64,000 nucleotides of DNA from Clostridia bacterium (GCA_027420455.1 DAIBJA010000078.1:5669-69668), one strand, 5' to 3'. Shown: positions 38,816 through 49,172, numbered from the stretch's first letter. Program-made: numbers and translations. The notes: generated from the sequence alone by a model not told the origin.

Positions 38816-40212
38816 CAGTTGTCCGGAGCCCCTTCCGCAATCCAGTTGGCGATCGTCTGGATCGTCGACTTCGGCAGATACGGTCCGCCGAGCGGCATCC
38901 GTGGCTGGGCCACGCCCTCGAGCTTCTGCCAGAGCAGGGCCTTCTTGTAGTCCGTCGGTGTCGCCACTTTCATGCTCGCAATGCTGGCGTACGACGTCAA
39001 GTCCAAACCACCGGATTTTGTGGTCGGGCCATGGCAGACCGCGCAGTGCTGCTGGAAGATCGGCTCGATGTCCGCAGCGAAGGTCGGCTTGGCGATCACG
39101 GCGGAGGCCGATGCGCCACCCGACGTGCTGACGCCCTGCTGTACGGCGCCGAGGTAGGTCAGACCCACGACCGCGACCACGATGACGCTGGCAAGCCCCA
39201 TCGCGAACGGACGGCGCCGCGGCTCACGGTGCGGGTTCTTGTCGAAGAAGGGCAGGCCCACGAGCACGATCACGGCCGCGAGCGGCAGGCCGATGATCCC
39301 GAGCGGGTCAAGAGCTGGCGGAATGTACTTGAGCACCTGGTAGATGGAGTAGAAGAACCAGAGCGGCACCGGGGTATAATGCGCCTTGTTGAGCGGGTCG
39401 GCCGGTGCCAGGAGCGGTGCGTGGAACGACAGCGCCAGGAATAGGAGGATCGCCGCCACCACGACGACCAGCATGGTCATCTGGAAGACGGTGTACGGGT
39501 AGAACGTGACGAGTCCCTTGGTCCCCTTCGGCTTGCGCTCGGCCTCTTCCACGATGAGCATCTGGTTCTTCAGCACCATCGCGAAGTGGATGCCGAAGAA
39601 GACGAGGAGCAGGGCTGGCAGCACCAGCATGTGCACCGCGTAGAAGCGCGTCAGCGTCAGGCCGGAGATGTAGGCGCCGCCTCGGGCGAGGTAGGCGATG
39701 TAAAGGCCGATGAACGGCGTGTAGAACGGCATCCAGGTACCGACCATCGTTGCCCAGTATGACTGCTGATCCCACGGCAAGAGGTAGCCGGTGAACGCGA
39801 ACAGGATCGTTATGAAGAGCAGGACGACGCCTGTGATCCACGTGATCTCACGCGGTTTCTTGTAGGCGCCGACGTAGAAACCCCGCAGCATGTGGGCCGC
39901 CACGAGCACGACCATGGCGTTGGCGCCCCAGTAGTGCAGGTCGCGGATGACCCAGCCGAGCGGCACCTTCGTCATGATGTACTGGATGCTCTGGTAGGCG
40001 GTCGCGGAGGACGCCTGGTAGAACATCGCCAGCAGGGTTCCGGTCACAGCCTGATTGATAAAGACGAAGAGCGTGGCAAGCCCCAGGAAGTCGAGGGGGT
40101 TCACCGCACGCGGAACGCGATGATAGAGAAGCTCATTGAGCTGCGGTTTGATGCCGACCCGCTCGTCCAGCCAATCCATGACGGTCTGCCGGGGCTTCTT
40201 CTCCGCGCTCAC
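38815..40212 (-). CDS. cytochrome b (b6 + subunit IV-like) fused to C-terminal mono-heme cytochrome c domain
   Basis: His pairs HYWGANAMVVLVAAH and HMLVLPALLLVFFGIH. PLWF occupies the PEWY position. The C-terminal CAVCHG...GGLDL resembles a planctomycete-type cytochrome c domain. Confidence 0.85.
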   Translation of the reverse strand: MSAEKKPRQTVMDWLDERVGIKPQLNELLYHRVPRAVNPLDFLGLATLFVFINQAVTGTLLAMFYQASSATAYQSIQYIMTKVPLGWVIRDLHYWGANAMVVLVAAHMLRGFYVGAYKKPREITWITGVVLLFITILFAFTGYLLPWDQQSYWATMVGTWMPFYTPFIGLYIAYLARGGAYISGLTLTRFYAVHMLVLPALLLVFFGIHFAMVLKNQMLIVEEAERKPKGTKGLVTFYPYTVFQMTMLVVVVAAILLFLALSFHAPLLAPADPLNKAHYTPVPLWFFYSIYQVLKYIPPALDPLGIIGLPLAAVIVLVGLPFFDKNPHREPRRRPFAMGLASVIVVAVVGLTYLGAVQQGVSTSGGASASAVIAKPTFAADIEPIFQQHCAVCHGPTTKSGGLDLTSYASIASMKVATPTDYKKALLWQKLEGVAQPRMPLGGPYLPKSTIQTIANWIAEGAPDN

Positions 40213-40730
40213 GAGATCTGACCTCCAAGCATCACGCGCCCGTTCTGAACCGCGATCTCATGGTGGAAAAGGCCACGCGGTGCAGGTCCCGCGATATGCT
40301 CACCCAGCCTGTTGTACTGTGAACCATGGCACGGGCACATGAACTTCTCCAGGCTCTGGAACCACTGGACCGGGCACTGGAGATGGGTGCAATGGAAGTC
40401 GAGGGCGATGAACTGCCCCCCACCTTGATTCATGACGTAGACGCCATCGTCATAGCCGTCGCCGGTATATGAGGTCAGAATGTACTGTCCCACCGGAAAG
40501 TTGCTCACCGCACCGATGTCCTGCAGCTTCCCCGCACCGGTCGAGGAGGGGTACAGCAGGCGCAATGCGGCGCCGAGATAGCCGATCCCCACAATCCCGC
40601 CTACCGTGACCGCTCCCCAGCCCAGGAAGCGCCGACGGCTGATCTCCTTGCGATCGGAGGCGCGCTCGACGCAGTCCTGGCAAAGGTCTGTGTCGTTGCC
40701 CGTCTCGTGCCCGCAGATCCGGCATCGCAT
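40209..40730 (-). CDS. Rieske [2Fe-2S] protein with N-terminal CxxC-x11-CxxC zinc-ribbon-like segment and Tat motif
   Basis: Rieske boxes CTHLQC and CPCHGS. N-terminus MRCRICGHETGNDTDLCQDC followed by SRRRFLG. GGGGGGAAA lies upstream of ATG 40730. Confidence 0.85.
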   Translation of the reverse strand: MRCRICGHETGNDTDLCQDCVERASDRKEISRRRFLGWGAVTVGGIVGIGYLGAALRLLYPSSTGAGKLQDIGAVSNFPVGQYILTSYTGDGYDDGVYVMNQGGGQFIALDFHCTHLQCPVQWFQSLEKFMCPCHGSQYNRLGEHIAGPAPRGLFHHEIAVQNGRVMLGGQIS

Positions 40731-40784
40731 GCCACGTTTCCCCCCAAATAGCGCTCCATGAGGACTAGGCCAAAATACGCACCC

Positions 40785-40813
40785 AATTCTATCTGGTGGC
40801 CCAGGACGCGTCA
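40785..40813 (-). promoter_or_regulatory. sigma-A-type promoter for the Rieske/cyt b operon
   Basis: On the minus strand: TTGACG, 17 nt, TAGAAT, about 55 nt upstream of the Rieske ATG. Confidence 0.55.
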
Positions 40814-40952
40814 AACCGTCGGACGTGTGTTGGGCCGCATGGTCACGTTTTCGTGGTCCATCCGTCCATGCCCAGAGTCCACGTCAGGTCAGGGTTGGCA
40901 TGTATTTTACTGCAGTTTGCCCAGCCGTCACTGGTCACATGAACCAGAACGG

Positions 40953-40977
40953 AAAAAGGCCGGGCAACCGCCCGGCC
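40953..40977 (-). terminator. rho-independent terminator after mrp
   Basis: On the minus strand: GGCCGGGC-GGTT-GCCCGGCC followed by TTTTT. Confidence 0.8.
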
Positions 40978-40995
40978 CTCACCTGTCTCAAACGA

Positions 40996-42057
40996 CTACC
41001 AGGTGGCCTTGTCCACCGCCTGGGCAATTGCCAGGAACACCTTGGCCGACTCCGTTTCAGGATGACTCCAGACGACGGGCTCGCCCATGTCGCCGCCAAC
41101 CGGCAACGCCGGGTCGATCGGCACCTGGCCGAGCAGCGGGACGTGCAGCTCGCGGGCAAGCCGCTGAGCGCCGCCGCGGCCGAAGATCTCATGGGCGTCA
41201 CCGCAGTTCGGGCAGCGGAAATACGCCATGTTCTCGACAATGCCGATGACTTCCTGACCAACCTTACCGGCCATCTGGGCGACACGCCCGGCCACTCTGG
41301 CGGCTGCCTCCTGTGGCGTCGTCACGAGCAGCACCCTCGCCTTGGGCAGTTCCTGCGAGAGCGAGATGGCCACGTCGCCGGTGCCCGGCGGCGCATCGAT
41401 GACGAGGTAATCGAGCTCACCCCACGCGACCTCGTTGAGAAACTGGTCCACGAGCTTGTGCAGCATCGGACCACGCCACATCACCGGCGTGTTTTCATCC
41501 ACGAGCATGCCCATCGAGATGACCCGGACGTCGTGCACGTCGACCGGCACGATGACCCCGTCTCCCAGCACCGCCGGCTGCTGGCGCGCTGCCAGCATGC
41601 GCGAGACCGAGAAGCCGTACACGTCGGCATCGAGCACGCCGACCGACCGTCCCATGCTTTGCAGGGCGGCCGCCACATTCACCGTGACCGTGGACTTGCC
41701 GACGCCGCCCTTGCCGGAGCCGCAGATGAGAACGCGGACGGTAGAATCCTTCTTGGTGATCGTCGACACATGGTGCGGCCGCAGACGGTTGGCGAGGTCC
41801 TCACGCTCCTGCGGAGTCATGACGTCGAGACGCACCGAAACCTCCTCGACGCCAGGAATGGCGGCAACCGCCGCGCGCACGTCGTCTTCGATACGCGAAC
41901 TCAATGGGCAGCCCGCCACGGTCAGCTTGATAGCGCAGCGAACCTTGTCGCCCTCCACCTCGACCGCTTCCACCATGCCGAGTTCCGTGATCGGCTTATG
42001 GATCTCAGGGTCCATCACCGTCGCAAGGCGCTCCATGACCTGCTCTCTCGTGATCAC
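40996..42057 (-). CDS. mrp: Mrp/NBP35/ApbC-family Fe-S cluster carrier ATPase
   Basis: N-terminal DUF59-like MITREQVMERLATVMDPEI, then GKGGVGKST and a CPNC motif. Confidence 0.9.
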   Translation of the reverse strand: MITREQVMERLATVMDPEIHKPITELGMVEAVEVEGDKVRCAIKLTVAGCPLSSRIEDDVRAAVAAIPGVEEVSVRLDVMTPQEREDLANRLRPHHVSTITKKDSTVRVLICGSGKGGVGKSTVTVNVAAALQSMGRSVGVLDADVYGFSVSRMLAARQQPAVLGDGVIVPVDVHDVRVISMGMLVDENTPVMWRGPMLHKLVDQFLNEVAWGELDYLVIDAPPGTGDVAISLSQELPKARVLLVTTPQEAAARVAGRVAQMAGKVGQEVIGIVENMAYFRCPNCGDAHEIFGRGGAQRLARELHVPLLGQVPIDPALPVGGDMGEPVVWSHPETESAKVFLAIAQAVDKATW

Positions 42058-42692
42058 TCAAGCTCACGCTCCTTGTCGTCGGACCCAATCAGCCGCTTGC
42101 CGTTGCCGTCGCTTTCGCCGTTGCCACCTGGCAGCAGCGTGCCGCCGGACAGGATGATCTTCATTGCTCCCTCAACCGTGTAGTCTACCTGCTCGACGTC
42201 CTCAGGCGCGTACAGCACCAGGAGGCCCCCTGTCGGCGGCGAGAACGGCACGAACACAGCCACCTTGCCCTCTTCGGTCGGGTTTCGGGCGACGAACCCG
42301 AACGATCGCCCTCCCCCGCCGCCGTAGGGGACGAGAACGACGCTCTGGAACGTGCCGCTGCGCTGATCCGAGAAGGTGTTGACCAGCTGCTTCACCGCAT
42401 CGTACACCGTGCGCAGCACGGGGACGCGTGCAAACACCCACTCGTACAGCGCAATGAACTGTTGGCCGAGAAAGTTCGATACCAGCAGTCCGAAGAGCGT
42501 GATCAGCACCAAGGTGACCAAGAGCCCGAAGCCCGGCACCTTGACGCCCAGCATCCGGCCTAGGGCATCGAACATCGTGAAGATGCGATACCCTATATAA
42601 AGGGTGACGGCCAGCGGCAGCAGAGCCACGAGGCCCGTCAGGAAGGATTGCCGCAAAAGACGCCAAGCCGAATGCCGAGCAGGGTCCTCCAT
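42054..42692 (-). CDS. DUF502 domain membrane protein
   Basis: Reads LLRQSFLTGLVALLPLAVTLYI... with two TM segments; 212 aa. 4-nt overlap with mrp. Confidence 0.65.
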   Translation of the reverse strand: MEDPARHSAWRLLRQSFLTGLVALLPLAVTLYIGYRIFTMFDALGRMLGVKVPGFGLLVTLVLITLFGLLVSNFLGQQFIALYEWVFARVPVLRTVYDAVKQLVNTFSDQRSGTFQSVVLVPYGGGGGRSFGFVARNPTEEGKVAVFVPFSPPTGGLLVLYAPEDVEQVDYTVEGAMKIILSGGTLLPGGNGESDGNGKRLIGSDDKERELE

Positions 42693-42768
42693 CGCCTAGG
42701 GTTCCTCCCTACCGCAAGCGCAGACGAAATGCGGGCAGCCGGAGCCACCCGCGTTTCACGGTCTCATT

Positions 42769-42864
42769 TGGCGGGAGCAGGTGGGAATCGAACCCACCGC
42801 GGACCGTAAAGCCCGCCGGCTGGATTTGAAGTCCAGGGGCTGCACCAGCAGGCCGTCTGTTCCC
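42769..42864 (-). tRNA. selC: tRNA-Sec (anticodon UCA), CCA encoded
   Basis: The minus strand reads GGGAACAG-AC-GGCCTGC-TGGT-GCAGCCC-CTGGA-CTTCAAA-TCCAG-(long variable arm CCGGCGGGCTTTACGGTCCGCGG)-TGGGTTCGATTCCCA-CCTGCTCCC-G-CCA. It has an 8-bp acceptor stem (one A.C mismatch) and a long D stem with a 4-nt loop, and resembles E. coli selC. Confidence 0.85.
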
Positions 42865-42871
42865 GCGCGCA

Positions 42872-43579
42872 TTATACCATAGGCGGGTGTCTGCGTACTG
42901 CGAGATCCGCCACCAGGATCGAAACCTCATACAGTACAAGCATCGGTAGCACCATGATCATCATGGAGAACGCGTCCGGCGGAGTGACGGCCGCCGCGAC
43001 CACAAAAATGATCAGAATGGCGATGCGCCGCTGCTTGCGCAGGAACGAAGGAGTCAGGACGCCGGTACGGGTCAGGGCATAGACCACTATCGGCAGCTCA
43101 AAGATGAGCCCGAACGGAAGCGTCAAGTTGACGATGAAGCCGATATAGCGCCCCAGGCTGATGAATGCCTGGAATGGTGCGGTGGCGAACTGCAGTACGA
43201 AATGCAGCACCACTGGCAGGAACACGAAATAGCCGAACCCCACTCCGATCAGGAAGAGCAACAGCACGATCGGCGCGTACAAGACGATCAGGTGGCGCTC
43301 CGTTGATTCCAGGGCAGGTCGGACGAATGCCGCGATCTGGTAGATCAGGACGGGCGAGGTCACGATGAAGGCGGTGACAAGCGCCAGTTCGATGAAGGTA
43401 TAGAGGCCCTCCGTAGGGCTCAGGACGACAAGGCTGTGCACGGCGCCATGGGTTGGCAGGAGCAGAAAGCGGACGATGAGCCGCGCCTTGATAAACGCGT
43501 AGACGCCTACCGGGATCAGAAAGAGCAGGTAGACGAACAGGCGGTTGCGCAGCTCACGCAGATGGTCCCCAAGCGGCAT
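42872..43579 (-). CDS. tatC: twin-arginine translocase subunit TatC
   Basis: Reads MPLGDHLRELRNRLFVYL... with six TM segments; 235 aa. An alternative TTG start exists at 43594. Confidence 0.85.
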   Translation of the reverse strand: MPLGDHLRELRNRLFVYLLFLIPVGVYAFIKARLIVRFLLLPTHGAVHSLVVLSPTEGLYTFIELALVTAFIVTSPVLIYQIAAFVRPALESTERHLIVLYAPIVLLLFLIGVGFGYFVFLPVVLHFVLQFATAPFQAFISLGRYIGFIVNLTLPFGLIFELPIVVYALTRTGVLTPSFLRKQRRIAILIIFVVAAAVTPPDAFSMMIMVLPMLVLYEVSILVADLAVRRHPPMV

Positions 43580-43622
43580 GGGTCGATCGCTCAACGGGTA
43601 GACCCCCAAGCGCTGGCACAGT

Positions 43623-44855
43623 TCAAGACTGGGTCCGGATAAGGAAGGCTTCGACGCTGCTGCCCTGCGGCAGCACTGCAACTCCTTCAGGCAGCACCAC
43701 GTAACCGTTCGTCTGGGCCATGGCGCGCACACCGCCCGACGACTGGTACGGATGCACCTTGGCCTCGATCGCCCCCTCCTGGAGGGCAAGACTGGCACGC
43801 AGAAGCCTTGGCGCGTCCGGCGCCTTGGCCCGGAATTCCTCCGTCAACCGCGCCGCTGTGCGAATGAGGCTGCTCTCCGTTCCCATGAGACGCGCCACGG
43901 CCGCACGCCCGAAGATGTCAAACCCGACTTGCGCGGATAGAGGGTTGCCTGAGAGGCCGAGCCAAGGGCGGTCGCCGAGGCGCAACCCCATGGTTGGTGC
44001 GCCAGGGCGCATGCGCGACCAGTGAAAGCGCACAGAGGCGCCGAGTATCCTTCCTACCTCGCCGATGCGGTCCGCCGGTCCCACTGACACCCCGCCTGAC
44101 GTGATGAGGAAGTCGAAGTCCTCGCCGCGGCAGGCTCGTGCGATGGCCTCCGCACTGTCCTCAACAGGCCCGCGAAGATCCACGGCAGCCCCCAATGACT
44201 GCAAATGGGCCGCGATCTGCAGGCTGTTGGAATCGTAGGTACCGCCAGGCGGCAGGGGCTCCCCCGCCCGGTAGATCTCGTCCCCGGTCGAGACGAACCG
44301 CACCCTGAGCCTGCGACGAGCCCGGACGGTCTGCTGCGCCAATGTCGCGAGGAGTCCCAGGCTCTCCGGTCTGACGATCTCCCCCAGGGACAGCAGTTCC
44401 TGTCCGGGTGACATATCCTCACCCGCCTGGCGGACATTCGCCCCCGGAGCGACACGGCGCGAAAGCACCACGCAGTCTTCCTCGACGCGGCAGACTTCCT
44501 GATACTCCGCGGCGTCCGCACCGTGCGGGACCACCCCGCCAGTGGTGATGCGAATGGTCTCTCCCGGCTTCAATCCATCGCTTGCGGGATGTCCCGCCAG
44601 GGCACTGCCTACGATGCGCAGCCGCACGGGCGTCTCTTGGGATGCCGACAGCGTGTCGCCTGCGCACACCGCCCAACCGTCCACGGCGGCGCGCGGCGTA
44701 TCCGGCACCATGCGCCCCGCCAGTATCGGCTCGGCCAAGACACGGCCAAGCGCGGCATGGAGCGGCACGTTCTCGCCATCAATCGGTCTGAGATCAGCAA
44801 TAAAGCGTTCGCGGGCTTCCTCAATCGTGAACCCTCGCGGAGAGGACACGGGCAT
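43623..44855 (-). CDS. moeA: molybdopterin molybdenumtransferase
   Basis: 410 aa with MoeA N, MoCF-binding and C-terminal domain pattern (VSTGDEI..., ITSGGVSVG). Confidence 0.85.
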   Translation of the reverse strand: MPVSSPRGFTIEEARERFIADLRPIDGENVPLHAALGRVLAEPILAGRMVPDTPRAAVDGWAVCAGDTLSASQETPVRLRIVGSALAGHPASDGLKPGETIRITTGGVVPHGADAAEYQEVCRVEEDCVVLSRRVAPGANVRQAGEDMSPGQELLSLGEIVRPESLGLLATLAQQTVRARRRLRVRFVSTGDEIYRAGEPLPPGGTYDSNSLQIAAHLQSLGAAVDLRGPVEDSAEAIARACRGEDFDFLITSGGVSVGPADRIGEVGRILGASVRFHWSRMRPGAPTMGLRLGDRPWLGLSGNPLSAQVGFDIFGRAAVARLMGTESSLIRTAARLTEEFRAKAPDAPRLLRASLALQEGAIEAKVHPYQSSGGVRAMAQTNGYVVLPEGVAVLPQGSSVEAFLIRTQS

Positions 44856-44918
44856 ACCTTCTTCAGGCTATTTTCCGCTCCCATGATAGCGATCACGCGC
44901 ACTTGGCAGCAAATGCAC

Positions 44919-44943
44919 GAGCCCCCGCACAATGCGGGGGCTC
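44919..44943 (-). terminator. terminator hairpin after groEL
   Basis: GAGCCCCCGCA-CAA-TGCGGGGGCTC, an 11-bp stem about 20 nt past the groEL stop codon. Confidence 0.65.
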
Positions 44944-44962
44944 GTGCAGACCGTTTTACGGT

Positions 44963-46615
<1,653 letters not shown>

Positions 46616-46626
46616 TCAGTCTGACC

Positions 46627-46908
46627 CTACTTGATCGCGAGCAGGTCCTGCTCGCGGATGATCAGGTACTCGACGTCACCGACCTTGACCTCGGTTCCGC
46701 CATACTTCGAGAAGATGACCCGGTCGCCAACCTTGACCTCCGGTGCAACGCGGTTGCCGTTCTCCAGGACGCGCCCGGAGCCTACGGCGATGACCTCGCC
46801 CTCCTGCGGCTTGTCCTTGGCGGTGTCGGGCAGGATGATGCCGCCTGCCGTCTTCTCCTCTGCATCAAGAACCTTGACCGCGATGCGGTCACCGAGCGGC
46901 CTGAGCAC
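46627..46908 (-). CDS. groES: co-chaperonin GroES
   Basis: Reads [54 protein letters not shown] precedes GTG 46908. Confidence 0.95.
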   Translation of the reverse strand: MLRPLGDRIAVKVLDAEEKTAGGIILPDTAKDKPQEGEVIAVGSGRVLENGNRVAPEVKVGDRVIFSKYGGTEVKVGDVEYLIIREQDLLAIK

Positions 46909-46925
46909 AGGATCCCTCCTCCTTG

Positions 46926-46952
46926 TTGGCACTCACTCTCGTTGAGTGCTAC
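46926..46952 (-). promoter_or_regulatory. CIRCE operator (HrcA binding site)
   Basis: TTGGCACTC-N9-GAGTGCTAC versus the consensus TTAGCACTC-N9-GAGTGCTAA, between the promoter and the groES RBS. Confidence 0.85.
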
Positions 46953-47142
46953 TAGCGGAATGTATTGTATCGGGGCCCATCTTCATCGTCAAGCAAAGCA
47001 GGTGCATGTCCTCCAGTCGTTCCACCACGACGCTCTCGCCGCTTTGGAAGATGCGACAGTAGGTGCCTGGCAGCATGCCCAGCCGCTCACGCAGTTCGGC
47101 GGGAATCTCAATCGCTCCGTCGTTTCCAACTGTAACCTTCAA
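46933..47142 (-). CDS. AbrB/MazE/SpoVT-family DNA-binding protein
   Basis: KVTVGNDGAIEIPAELRERLGMLPGTYCRIFQSGESVVVERL fits a SpoVT-AbrB swapped-hairpin domain. The start codon is TTG, preceded by GGAGG. The C-terminal ~25 codons run through the groES promoter and CIRCE. Confidence 0.55.
   Translation of the reverse strand: MKVTVGNDGAIEIPAELRERLGMLPGTYCRIFQSGESVVVERLEDMHLLCLTMKMGPDTIHSASSTQRE
46964..46992 (-). promoter_or_regulatory. sigma-A-type groESL promoter
   Basis: On the minus strand: TTGACG, 17 nt, TACAAT, immediately upstream of CIRCE. Confidence 0.7.
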
Positions 47143-47330
47143 TTCCTATCGCCTCCGTAGAAGGCGATCATGCCCTTTCTCCCCCTGCAGATTCAAGGCA
47201 TTAAACCCGATTGCTTCCTACTAAACTTTTCTCTTCTCACGGGCCGCCGGGCATGCTCGCACGTGCTGGATCGCGACACCAATGTCCCCAACGACACGTT
47301 CAGTCAAACTTTCGAGTGACGTAGGACCTC

Positions 47331-48365
47331 TCAGACGAGATGGCTTCGCACCGACATCTCGACGCTGTTCTCGAGCGCAGCCCAGGAAAGGTAGCCGTGC
47401 CGCCCTCGCGGCGCGGCGACGATGCGCTCAAGACGCTGGCGCTCGCTCGTCCACGGTTCCTTGTACGCTTCATCGCCGCGCAGGAAGTCGAAGGTTCCGA
47501 CCCCTTCCTTCGCCGCTAGCCTGATCGCGTTCCAGAGCAGTATCAGGCCCGGAGAGAAGCGCGCCATGTCAGGATCGAACCCAGCCGCGTAGTAGCTGTA
47601 GCTCTCTCCGCCGCGCAGTGCGTAGAGCAGCGCCACCGTGCGGTCCCCGGACCTCAGGCGTACGAGCCGGAGGAGTCCCGCCTCGGCGTGATGCATGGCG
47701 ACAGTTACGTGAAAGGCTCTGCGCCTGCCGAAAAAGCTGCCCGGAGTCCCGCGACGCCGAAAGCGCGCCGAATGCCAAGCCATGAGTTGGGCCATGGCCC
47801 GCGGCACGTCCTCGCGCGGCACAAGATCCACAGCCAACGGCGCCTCACGGCCTAGGCGGCGCTCTGCGTAGCGGCAACGCCTGCGCAAATCGGAAGACAG
47901 CCCCGCCTCGACGGCCTCAGGGCCGCCCGCCAGGTCGAGCCTGCGATAGGCCTCGCCGGGCAGCCGCATCACCCGATAGTCCTGCCGCGACATCGCCTCT
48001 ACAAGGAGGTGACAGGAGCCCTCTTGGCGCGGCAAATCGACGACGGGTCTGCCGCCGCGCGCGAACCACTCCGCAAACGCCTGCAGCGCGTCGTTCTCTC
48101 TTCCGGGAGCTAAAAGCGGCGAGAGATAGTCGGCAAGGAGTGCACCGGCCGGACGCACGACAGCCCCAGGCCTGACGGGCCAGACACCGCAGAGCTGACC
48201 GGCATCGCGAGCGACGAGGTAACCGACGCCTCTGCCGCCATACGTCTCATGGCGTGCGAGATGCCATTGGGGTCCGGCAAAGGGACTCGCACCTGCCCAC
48301 TGCCAGAGGTCGTGCCACGCTATGAGCAGATCGGGATCGGGAAGTTCACACAGTTCGGTATTCAT
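47331..48365 (-). CDS. GNAT-type acetyltransferase, CelD/BioF2-like (Acetyltransf_6-like)
   Basis: The C-terminal FDFLRGDEAYKEPW signature is typical of the family. Start ATG 48365 overlaps the dedA stop (ATGA). Confidence 0.6.
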   Translation of the reverse strand: MNTELCELPDPDLLIAWHDLWQWAGASPFAGPQWHLARHETYGGRGVGYLVARDAGQLCGVWPVRPGAVVRPAGALLADYLSPLLAPGRENDALQAFAEWFARGGRPVVDLPRQEGSCHLLVEAMSRQDYRVMRLPGEAYRRLDLAGGPEAVEAGLSSDLRRRCRYAERRLGREAPLAVDLVPREDVPRAMAQLMAWHSARFRRRGTPGSFFGRRRAFHVTVAMHHAEAGLLRLVRLRSGDRTVALLYALRGGESYSYYAAGFDPDMARFSPGLILLWNAIRLAAKEGVGTFDFLRGDEAYKEPWTSERQRLERIVAAPRGRHGYLSWAALENSVEMSVRSHLV

Positions 48366-48961
48366 CCGTCGCTGCGTGCTCGATGTGTGAGGTGCCACCA
48401 GAGGAAGGCGGCAACAGCCACCACGACGACGGCCAACGTGATCAGCCCCGCGCCGTGCTCGATGAGGCTCTCGACACCGCGGCCGATGCCCATCCCTAAG
48501 AGAGACCAGAAGAGCGCCCATATGCCGTCTCCGATGATGGATCCCACCACGTACGGCAAGAGTGGTGCGCGCACGACCCCCGCGCCAAGGATGGCCGGCG
48601 TGCGCGTAACCCCGATCCAGCGTGAAATGGCCTGGGCAAACAGACCGTAGCGGGCAAACCAGTCTTCCACGCGCTGCATGGCCTGAGGCGGGATATGCAG
48701 CATGGTGATCGCCCGATCCAGCAGCGGCCTGCCGCCCATGCGGCCCACACCATAGCCGATCGCGTTGCCGAGCACGTTGCCAAAGGTCACGACGAGCCAG
48801 ACCATCGTGAGCGACATCTCGCCGCGCCCGATCAGGACGCCGGCAGCAACAAAAAATAGCTCGATCGGGCCAGGCATGCCTGTGCCTTCGATCGTGCTCA
48901 CCAGCAAAAGCAAGGGATAGCCGTACATGGACAGCAGATCACGCAGGTGATCCGACGTCAT
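48362..48961 (-). CDS. DedA family membrane protein
   Basis: Reads YGYPLLLLVSTIEGTGMPGPIELFFVAAGVL...FGNVLGNAIGYGVGR.GGRPLL. Confidence 0.8.
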   Translation of the reverse strand: MTSDHLRDLLSMYGYPLLLLVSTIEGTGMPGPIELFFVAAGVLIGRGEMSLTMVWLVVTFGNVLGNAIGYGVGRMGGRPLLDRAITMLHIPPQAMQRVEDWFARYGLFAQAISRWIGVTRTPAILGAGVVRAPLLPYVVGSIIGDGIWALFWSLLGMGIGRGVESLIEHGAGLITLAVVVVAVAAFLWWHLTHRARSDG

Positions 48962-48977
48962 CGGAACCGGAGGAGCA

Positions 48978-49172
48978 TCAGCGAAGCTCTTCCTCCTTGG
49001 AGGGTGGCGCGGCGGACTTATCCGCTGCGTCCGATCCTTCCTGCATGGCCTTGCGGAACTCGCGAATCGTCTTGCCCAGCCCCTGGCCGATCTCCGGCAG
49101 GCGCTTGGGGCCGAAGAGCAGGAGCGCGATCGCCAGGATGATGATGAGGTGGACCGGCGAAAGGATGTCCAT
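48978..49172 (-). CDS. tatA: twin-arginine translocase subunit TatA/E
   Basis: Reads MDILSPVHLIIILAIALLLFGPKRLPEIGQGLGKTIREFRKAM; 64 aa. Confidence 0.9.
   Translation of the reverse strand: MDILSPVHLIIILAIALLLFGPKRLPEIGQGLGKTIREFRKAMQEGSDAADKSAAPPSKEEELR

Noticed and set aside
42693-43000. Genomic island integrated at selC.
   Set aside because: Both flanks are ordinary core genes (tatC/moeA on one side, DUF502/mrp on the other). There is no integrase and no duplicated 3' tRNA segment.
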